From assembly GCA_900088475.1 (NCBI GenBank), contig FLMG01004522.1, positions 1 to 32,127 of the forward strand: a DNA stretch of 32,127 nt. Reading direction: 5' to 3'. How positions within the stretch are numbered: the stretch's first letter is position 1; the number at the start of each line of letters is the position of its first letter. The translations under genes were made by a program, and so were the position numbers. The notes beneath the pieces are model-generated. The model did not search any database. It was not told the DNA's origin and saw only the letters and a list, made by a program, of their open reading frames with translations. The stretch comes from Hyphochytrium catenoides (taxonomy: Eukaryota > Protista > Hyphochytriomycota). Of the stretch, positions 22,560 to 32,127 are shown piece after piece.

Positions 22560-23850
22560 ATGGCGTCGTCAAAGGAGCCACAGGCGGCGGAGTTTAGCCA
22601 GAACAGCGGGATGCCCATTGCCTCCTTGGCGCGGTTAGTGAGCTCCTCAGACATGGACACGGTATGTTGCACGTGCGTCTTCTTTTCCTTCATCTTTTCC
22701 TCTTTCTCTCTCTTTCTTTCTCTTTCTGTCTGCTGCGTTCCCCATCCTTTCTTTCTTTCCTCCCTTCTTTCTCTTCGCACTTCCGCCGATTCTTCAAGGG
22801 CCTTTTCTGTTATCTCTCACTTCATCCTTTCTCTCTCTCGCTCTCTCTCTTTTCTCTCTTTATTTTCTCTCTCATACTCTCTCACACTTACGACCACTCA
22901 ATCTCGTCCGCTTGGGTTCATCCCTTGGCCTCTCTGCCTAAAAATTAGCGAGAACTTCCCCAGCTAGCAAGCGAGGTCGCCTTTCTTGGACCGTCTAATG
23001 CTAATCCTCTGACTGAGTTAGCTGAAGAAAATGAGGCAAACAACAAAGGAGTTACGCCTAGAAACTCCATACTGGTTCCTGGCGCTCCAGCTGACCAGAG
23101 AAAGTATGTCTCTCTCTCCTGTCTTTCCTCCGCTCAGTCCCACTCTCTCGTTCTCTCTCTCGTACGCTTTTGCCGCTCATCTTCACCCTTCTCACCTCCA
23201 TTCTTCCTCCCCGCCTATCGTCTTTCGTAAAGCGCATTGGTCGCTGTCTTCCTTATATTCTAGTCCGCCTTCCCTGGCGTCGTACTCTCTCTTTCTCGCT
23301 TCGACCTGATCTCTCTCTTCTCATTTTGTCAGGACCTCTCGTTTTCTCTTCTTTAGGCCATCCTGCGCCTTAACGACTATAGAGCTCCTTTCTTCCTGAC
23401 GTTTTTGCCGCCTCACAACCTTACTCTATGGTTCCTTCTCTGTCTCTCTGTCTCTCGCTCTCTCTCTGTCTCTCTGTCTCTCTCTCTGTGTCTCTCTCGC
23501 ATCACGCGTTCCTTGCTCAATACCTGACTGTTTGGGATCATCCATCTATCTGGGGGTATTCTTTCTCATTCTTTCGCGTCAACTCACTCTCTCACTCTCG
23601 CTTTCGCTCTCTTTCTCTCTCTCTCTCTTGCTCCATTTCGTCTCCGCTATCCATCAAGGACAAGCAAGCCTTTTCTTACCAAAAGAAGGAAGTCAGAGAT
23701 GGTTCTGGAGCGATTATCCCCTTCTTCACCTGGGGCGCAGGCTCCTGAACCTAAGCGACCAAGTATCAGCCGGTCTCCTTCAAAGGAGGAGAAAGAAGGT
23801 CCTGCTTATGACCAGCGCTTCTGGGAGGGAGTCATATCCGAGGTAAGTAC

Positions 23851-23883
<33 letters not shown>

Positions 23884-26624
23884 GAGAGAGAGAGAGAAGA
23901 GAGATGAGAGATACCTCACACATAGCCAAAAGCCTCCTTCAGCTGCCCATTGCCCAATCTACTCTTGCGCAGCTCTCGGCGTCAGCCTCCGCCGCTTCAT
24001 CGTTTCTTTCTTCTCGTTGATTACACTCTGCCCCCTAGTCTTCGCTCCTTCTCTCTGGGATAAAATGTGTTCAGACCTTCCGCCTTTTCTCTTGCTTTGT
24101 GCATCCTCTCAGATGGAGATTCAGTTGAATGGCACGGCGAAAGGAACAGGATCTGGGAGTGACAAGAACTTTATAAGCGTCCATGCCGTAAGCAAGGCAC
24201 TGAGAAAGCTCAGGCTGATCCGTCGGAGGATCCAGGAGCGGTAAGAGCCACTGCCAGTGCAATAGGTTGGGGGAGAAAGAAGAAGAGAAGAGAGAGAACC
24301 TTACCACTGTTGTCCCTTTATCTTCTCCCTGTGGTTCTTAGGCTTCTCCTTTCCTCTCCTGTCCCGCCTCACTTGTCTTCCTTCTCACGCTCTTCCTCCG
24401 TACTCCGCTGGGTTTATCGTCACAGTAAACGAGAGAGACTACAAAGGGGAAAGTACATCATTGACCCTCGAAGCCCTGTGAAACTCAAATGGGACCTTCT
24501 CGTCGGATTCTTAGTGATGTACAGCATGCTCATGATCCCTTTTAGACTAGCTTTTCAGATAGACGCCACGGTAAGTCACATGTCACTTGTGAGAGACAGA
24601 GAATGAGAGCGAAGAGCATAGAAAAGGGAAAATGGAGAAGGAGAAAGGGTTACAGGCTCCTCCTAAAAAGAGAGAAAAACAGTGGGAAAACAGGAGTGCT
24701 TTTCCTCTGATCTCCCCTTAACGGTCTAGGTTCTCCTCTTCATCGTTTGCTTGATCGCGTCTCTTCTGCCGTCATGTTCTCTCTTATATTCAACCTGTGG
24801 CCCTGCTCCACTGTTCTTTCTTGCAATGATCTCCCGTCCAGTATATGGAAGTCCTGGACCCTATGGTAGACTCAATCTTTGGCATAGATATCGTCCTGAA
24901 CTTCATGACAGGTAAAAGAGTGTGAGAGAAGCTACTATTTAGTTCTTTACTCTCTCTTCCCGACATTTGTCTTTCCATCTGTCTCTCTTTCTGGCTGTCT
25001 GCCCCTATGCTGTCTTTCTTCAGCTCATATCAGTCAATCAAGCTCATTCTCAGCCTTAAGCGTTCCCTCATCTCTTTCTCTTTCTTCTTGTCGCCATGCT
25101 TCTTCTCCCTGCTCTCATCCATCTAACCTCTGCAACCTCGCTTTAGGTTATTATGACAAGGACAACAACCTCATCTCCAATTGGCGCGCAGTGGTGACCA
25201 AGTATCTTACGTCTTGGTTCCTCCTTGACCTCGTCTCTACGATCCCCATAGATTCCTTGTTCTTCTCAGGAGAAAGAGACAACTCGCGAGGGCTCAGTGC
25301 CGCACAGGGTCTGCAGCTCATACGTATCGCCCGTTTAATACGCTTTCTGAAGCTCTTGAGGCTGCTGAAGCTAGGGAAGGTGTCCTCTTCATTGGATAAT
25401 ATGGGCATCAAGAAGAGCGTGGTGGCTATGATTGAGCTAACGGCCAAGATGGTGGTTCTCTCCCACATTATATGCTGCCTCTTCTTCATGATCTCTAGCA
25501 GCGCCAATGAGCCTTGGATCAACGAAGTACTGGCGGTAAGATACATAGACGAGAGAGAAAAAGAGAGCCAATGTCCACGTGGGTTTGGATGGTTTCGCCA
25601 TCGAATTCAAAGTGTCTCTCGCTCTGGTCACGGTACTACCCCCGTCTTGTCCTCTGGCTGCCCCTGACTTTTCGGTTCCTCTTTCCTCTCGCTGCGCAGT
25701 CTATAGTGGACGACGACCGATACACGCGGACGTTCAGCATGTCGGAGATAAGCAATCGAACGGTCGAGCTATACGTGGCGTCTTTAGGATGGACGGTCCA
25801 GACCATGATGACTGTGGGTTATGGAGAGATCACAGCTGCTTCGGATGAGGGACAGGTTCGAGTCTACGCTAGCTTTCCCCACTTTAATTTCTGTCTGTCG
25901 CTTCATCTGACGCATATTGTCTGCATCTCACTCCGAAGTTCCTCCTCCGTCCTATTGGGAGTCCCTGCTGCCTACTTATCCTCCAAACCTAAGGGCCTTC
26001 TCTCTCTTGCTCCATACGTAGATCTTCTCAATCGTCGTGCAGATCATTGGCTCTCTCTCTGTCTCGTACATTGTGGGAACCATCTCCGAGCTTCTCCAGC
26101 TGTCTCAGGGGACCGTGGATCTGGATGTATCGGCCAAAGTAGAAGAGCTAAAAGGATATTTGGCTCATCATAACATAGACAAAGTGCTGCAGAGAAAAGT
26201 GATTGCCCACTACCGTTATTACTATGACACTGCGATCCCTTCTGAGGCCGGCAGCTGGATTCATAGCTTCCCAGATAAGCTCAAGTTCTTTGTTCTTCAG
26301 CAGGTAAGCCAACCTACGGAGTATAAAGAAGCGAGACGAGAGTGAAGGAAGGATCCATTCAATGAGACCAGGAGGGAGAGTCGACATAGTTCTGGACGAA
26401 GGGAGAATGCTGACAGAGAGGGAAGTCGCAAATGGGAAGACAAGAGAGCAGAAACAATTTATGGGAAGGACTTTGAGGGCCCAAGAAGGCGGTGGTACAT
26501 TACACTCCGACAGCTGGCCCCACTTCTGTCTTTTCTTCCGTCTCTCCATCTAACCGTATGGGGACCTTTGTGGCCTCCCTGGCCCTTCTCGGCCTCTCAC
26601 CCTTTTTTCCGGCTCTCTTTCTCT

Positions 26625-26664
<40 letters not shown>

Positions 26665-29600
26665 GCTATCTCGCTATCTCTCTCTACCTCTCTCTGTATC
26701 TGCCTACATCTTCCCGCCACCTCATCTGGGTAGAATTACCTTCTTCTATCCTCGACAGTAAGGCTTTTAGAGAGGCTAAGTATGGAATATCGCACCGAGA
26801 TGTTCCTCCGATTAGTTCCTTTTGTCTTGGCTGGGGGAGAGGTCCTTCAGGAAGAAAGCGGAGACATCCGCTCTGTCTGCTTTATACAAAGAGGCTACGT
26901 CGAGATCCTTAAGAGGAAGGAGGGAGAGGACGTGACTCTGGGTAAGGGCATTGCCTTTTTGGTTCATTTTGCTTATCTGCAGCGGTTGTTTGTTGGACCT
27001 GGTGCTGTTCTGACAACTGCATTGCCTTGTTGCTACGCTGTCTTTTGCTCTGTCTTTCTCCGTCTCTCTCTTTTGCTCTCCTCTCTTTCTCTCTTCCTTT
27101 CTAACATCTCTATCGCCCTTCTTGCTTTCGGCCAACACATCTCCTATCCAATAGAAACCCAACCTTACCTTTCTGTCTCTTCCTTACCTTGTAACTCTCC
27201 GCGCGTCGTCTTTCATCAAGTTTCTGCTGCTTTCTTTTCCAGGCACCTCCTCCCACTCTGCTTTTGTTCCCTATCTGTCTCGGCATCCTATATCTCTTCC
27301 CCTTGACCAATACGATGTTTCCTCACTTCCACTTACTCTCATCTTGCTCGGTGGCTTTCCTTTACTTGCGCACAGGGGTACTAGGGCCTGGAGATGTCTT
27401 TGGCCATGAATTTTTTCTCAACGAGACGCGACTGGCACAACTGCAGGCTGAAGATGAGAAGCTGGACCTTAATGGCCCTCCCTTTCTGAAGCTTGGATAT
27501 CGGGCCCTAAACAAGGCTGAGATCTGCTGCATCAGGGCAGATCATATCAAGGATATCAGTGAAGATTACCCCGAAGACGCTGCGCGGATGCAGGCTGATG
27601 GACTGGAGTTTGCGGCCATGGTCCGCAGTGTGCTGGATAGTAACGTAGTCAGTCTCCAGGATGGACAGATTAAGGAGCGCCTTCTCTGCCCAGGTCCGAT
27701 ATCCTTATATGTCTGATACCTCCGACTCTGTCTCTTTCTTTCTCTCTCTCTCTCTCTCTCTCAGTGTGCCTGGAGTTGCTTTGCTCCTGTGTCTGGGATA
27801 TCTGTCTCTCTTGCTCACTTTCTCTCTCTTGGTTTCACTCCCCATGTTACCCTTCTTAGCCGTCTGCGTGGTTTACCGCTGCTGGTTTGCGTCTTTCCAC
27901 TCCGGTACCTTTCTCTTATGGAGACACCTTATCGCCTCTATCTCTTCGCAACTTCTCTGTGTGCTTTTTACATAGCTATGCTTTCTCTCTCTTTTCCTCC
28001 GTTACATACCCTCCGCGGCTCTCTCTCTCTTTCTCTCTCCCGTTTGATCAATCTATCAAATCTAAAATCACTTCCCTCGTAGGGCGAGTCCTCCGGACTA
28101 GTGATGAGATCAAGACAGAGCAATTCTACGACGGTCTTAAGAGATCAAAGGAAAAGGGAGAGGTAGTATTGCCTCAAGAAAAGACCTTGGGAGTTGGGAG
28201 CAGTAGATCCTGGGCCCTTAAGAAGGGAAAGGGAAGAATCAGTCCGGCCGATATGTCGAGACAGACCGCCAGCAGCTTACTAATCCCAACGTAGGGTTGA
28301 CTAGTCCTTGTCTCTCTTTTACCGGCTTCCAATGTCCTTTTCACGCTCTCTGACCCTCTCTCTGACTCTCCTCTCGGTGCCTCTCTCTCTTTTTCTTTGC
28401 TGAATCACCCTCTCTCTCTCTTTCCTTCCTCTGTCAGTCTCTCTCCACTCTCGCTTCCCTTGTAGCCTTCTTTCATCTTGGGCCGTTTGTTTAGCTCACA
28501 TTCTTCTGTCTCAGGCCCCACAGATCTTCCTCGCAATCTTTACCTGCGTCTTTAGCTAAAGACACAAAGAACTTGTCGCCCTTCCTTCTCCTGCCGTCGC
28601 ACACTTTCAAGCAAGTCTGGGACGTGGTAATCGCCTTGTTCACCGTCTACTCCTGCATCACTGTGCCTGTCATCGTCATCTTCAACACCTCCAGTCCTGT
28701 CACTACATCCTTAGACTACATTGCCATAGCCTTCTTTGCGGTGGATATCGTTATCAGGTAAGGGGATGCTGAATGAGAGTTATAGCTCCTTCGCTAAACT
28801 TTCCTGTTCGGCTATGCACTCTTTCTTTATAACCTTTCCTGCTAGTCGTTCTCTTTCACTCTTTCTTCATCTTCTTTCCTGCTAGTTCGTTCTCTTTCTC
28901 CATCGTTGTCTCTCACTATCTGCCCATCTTGCGTACCAACATGGCCCCAGCTTCCGCACAGCGTACGTAGATGACGAAGATAACCTGGTCACGGACTCCT
29001 GGCTTATCGCCAAGCGCTACCTGCGGTCGTGGTTCTCCATAGATATTGTTAGCACCATCCCTGTGGACCTCTTGGTGTCCTCAATGATTGACGAGAACGC
29101 GGGAGAGAGTACTGGAGTTGGAAGCAACAATCTCTCCAATGCCCTCTTGGGACTGAAAGTGTTTAGCATCCTTAGGCTTGTCAGGCTTACGAGAATGTTT
29201 AGAGTGATCAAGCTCCAGCAGATTGCAGAGTTCTTGGACTCTGAGCTAATGATCAATGCCGCAGTGATGAAGATTGTGAAGGTATGATCGTCTGGACACG
29301 ACCGTTAATGCCACATCTGGCCTGTCCTGCCATGTTGCTCTCGATCAGCATCTTTGACAGACTTGGCATCAGCCTAGAAATCTGTCATCCTCCGTGGCTT
29401 GGTGACTTCTGCCCTCCTATATCGCATCCTTGTTTCTTAGCTCTGCCAGGCCTTCTCGCCGGATCCTTGTCTTCACTAGGAAGTCTACATTTATGTCTTT
29501 GCGTCCTATTTGGGCTGATGCTACGAGTCAGAATGCGTCTGCAATCAAAGCTTTAGATGTTCACGCTTATCGTTGCTTTGTTCTGCTCTTTCTCTGCCCT

Positions 29601-31333
29601 GGTCATACATGTGTACGTTTAGCTGCTGATGCCGGTGGCCTTTATCGCTCATATCTTGGGCTGCTTCTGGTGGTACATCTCGTCGACGGAGAAGGACAGC
29701 TGGTGGACTCGCACGCTTGAAAGGTACCGAATGGAAGGTGCAACAGACAAAAACAGGTGAGAAGGACCGAGAGAAGGATTACCTTCGGATTGTGGAGCGC
29801 TTAAAACCCTTCAATGGCAGCTCAGCTTCTCTCACTCTCACTTTCGTTCTCCATTCTCTCTCTACTTTCCTTCTCTTGAGCGACCACTACCAGCTACGCA
29901 NNNNNNNNNNNNNNNNNNNNCACTTTAGCACTACATCCAAGTATATCGCTTCCCTCTACTGGTCTTTCACGACGATGACGACAGTGGGATATGGAGACAT
30001 CTACCCTGTCACCACGACAGAGCGAATCTATGCCACCATTGTCATGTTCATAGGAGGCAACGTCTTTGGTCTCCTGATTGGGAGTGTTGGATCTGGTAGA
30101 CCTTGTTCTCTTGCGTCTCTCTCGCCCATAACTCCCGCTTCTTTCAACGTATTGGTCTGGGGTTTCTAGGCAGCTCTGGTTCTCCTAATGCATTCTATAT
30201 CTACTTGCCTTGCGATCTCCCCTCATTGTATTCTGAGGCCTTGCACGAAGCTGACGGCACGTCTACAGCGATGCAGAGTATACAAGGCAGTAGCAGTCGA
30301 AGAGTGGAGCGGGTCCGCACATTGACTTCCTTCTTCGATCGTAAGAACTTTCATAAAGGGTTGCAGAAGGTGCTCGTCAACCAGGTAATCCCTGATCCCA
30401 TTGGTAGATAGAAGAGGGAACAGCCATTACGTCTGAGAATCAGAAAAGCGCCCTTTGTTGGCAGCCCAAAACAAGGAGTGAGAGAAGCGGCGAACGAGGG
30501 AAGACAAATCTGGAAAAGTGGAAGCTTGGGTCAGGAAGAGAAAAGTCAGAAGGGTAGGAAAAAGGCAGCATCACTCTCGATTGAAGGACAAGGATGGGGC
30601 CCAAGAGAGAGAGGAGAAGAGGTAGGAACCCAAGGGAGATGCTCATACCACTTGCTGTCCTCCCTCTCAGATGGACTTCTATTGGCAGAGAAAGAGTCCT
30701 TACAACGAGGAAGAGATCTGGAAAGCTCTTCCGCCCCACATCCTTCGTCCTCTACTTCTGCAGCTAGGAGCTCCTCTGATCAGTTCAGGAGTCAGAATAC
30801 TAGCGAATTCCTCTCCTGATCTGCTCTGCTTCCTGATCCAGCTCTTACAGCCTCAGTTCTTTGGACACCGGCAAGTCATCATTCGCAAAGGAGAGAGAAA
30901 CTCTAACATATATTTCTTGATGGGCGGAAAGGCGAAGGTAGACAGGGCAGAGGTGCTTGGCGATCCGTTTTCTCCCCTCAACGAGTCGCGGAGCGTCACC
31001 TCTAACCCCCCAAACACGGGACGTCAAAGTGTAAGCGAGAAGAAACCAGGGTCAGTGTCAGGGGAAGGCAATGAGTCTCTCCAAAGCATGGATGGAGACT
31101 GCTATCTTGCTGGTGATATGTTTGGCTGGCGCTCTGCAGTCTTTGAAAGGCCAGTCTCCGAGACTCTCATTGCCATTGGCTATTGCTCTACCTACGTCCT
31201 ACCCCGTTCTGCTATTATGTATGCGCAGAAGTACTTCCCGTTCCTAGCGAGAGAGCTGCACGGGACTTTAGCGGCGGCTATCCTTTCCACAGATATGGAG
31301 CACAAGGCCAGATCAAAGAGACAAGCTGTGTAG
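22560..31333 (+). CDS. Voltage-sensor/CNBD-family K+ channel (KCNH/HCN/CNGK-like) with two tandem 6TM+CNBD repeats
   Basis: Repeat 1 has IIDPRSPVKLKWDLLV (S1), DIVLNFMTGY, YLTSWFLLDLVSTIP (S3), LIRIARLIRFLKLLRLLKL (S4), WTVQTMMTVGYGEI (pore, 25811-25828), a C-linker and a CNBD. Repeat 2 has LLPSHTFKQVWDVVI, DIVISFRTAY, YLRSWFSIDIVSTIP, LRLVRLTRMFRVIKL, YWSFTTMTTVGYGDI (29981-29998), a C-linker and a CNBD. All junctions are phase-consistent GT-AG introns from ATG 22560 to TAG 31333. Confidence 0.92.
29901..29920. other. 20-nt assembly gap inside a channel coding exon (other gaps: 7489-7555, 20756-20823, 21499-21659)
   Basis: N-runs visible directly. This one nominally preserves the reading frame. 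Confidence 0.95.
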
Positions 31334-32127
31334 ACTGGGGGAGGGCCGGACGGGAAGAGAGAGGTGGAGACAAGCTTAAGACTAGTTGGGAAGACAAAGG
31401 GCCCACGCTTCCCTTAAGATAGGAAAGGCTAGGACTCAAGGCTTGAATTATGATAAAGGACTGAACGGAGCAGAGCGATAAGCGGAGAGAAGAGAAATCA
31501 GACACGGGACGCCGGCAGCGAGCCTCGCGCACCATAGAGAACCTAGCCCAGCGCATGATGACCCAGACCCAGCAGCACTGCCTCCCTTTGGAGCAGGGAC
31601 AGTGGCAGACAAGGGGCAAGGCTCCCCAGGGGGCGGTGTCAAATGTAACCTCACTGGAGGCCTCACCACCCATACAGCCATAAAAAAAGAAAAGATAAAG
31701 GACTGAAGGCATGCACCATGATACACCTCCTGCAGCAGTCCCAAGCCATCTTAAGCTCTATAGATTGGCGGTTCAATGCCTTTTCTTATCAATATGTTTG
31801 GTCCACTCCCTTTGAAAGGGACCCCGGCTTTCTTGCTTTCAGCTCTCTCCCTTTCTACAGTCGTGCTTCTACTTAGTCCTTGTCCCTTCTCAACTTGGTT
31901 CCCGCCCATCGCGTCTGCTCAACACTTGACAAAGGCTGTCTATGGCCCGGACATCATCTCTATAGTGGACGGATGTCGTATCAGTAAAATATATGCGTCT
32001 AGAGTCGTGAGTGGTGGCTTGTGATTTGCCAAGCGCTGCTTTGGTACTTCACCTGCTGCTGAGAAGCTCAGGCGCTATAACGTCCAAGGCACGGCTTTGC
32101 CAGACGAACTTAAAGGATTTGAACTCA

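Noticed and set aside
1-31333. Functional cilia/motility gene cluster (DSP, FHIP, Dpy-30 protein, channel)
   Set aside because: The theme is suggestive, but adjacency in a eukaryote is not evidence of a system and no shared regulation is demonstrable from sequence.
31750-31800. tRNA-like GGTTCAA T-loop (also GGTTCGA near 8244, 20907 and 25856)
   Set aside because: No cloverleaf stems or D-arm at any of these sites.

Overview
Eukaryotic, intron-rich genomic DNA with GT-AG introns, dense (AG)n/(CT)n microsatellites and four N-gaps. It is probably from a flagellated protist, possibly a stramenopile (inference only). Most ORF-track entries are microsatellite or antisense noise, so I assembled spliced models by hand. 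From left to right the window contains: (1) a minus-strand dual-specificity phosphatase-fold gene that runs off the left edge and has its catalytic Cys replaced by Ser; (2) two intronless, head-to-head paralogous genes for a secreted ~350-aa protein with six conserved Cys that I do not recognise; (3) a multi-exon FHIP/FAM160 (RAI16-like) gene; (4) a small minus-strand Dpy-30-motif gene; (5) a multi-exon K+ channel in which two complete 6TM + C-linker + CNBD units are fused in one reading frame, both with degenerate cNMP-binding cassettes. The best novelty candidates are the inverted intronless secreted pair and the two-repeat channel. No tRNA, rRNA, CRISPR array or recognisable transposon was found.
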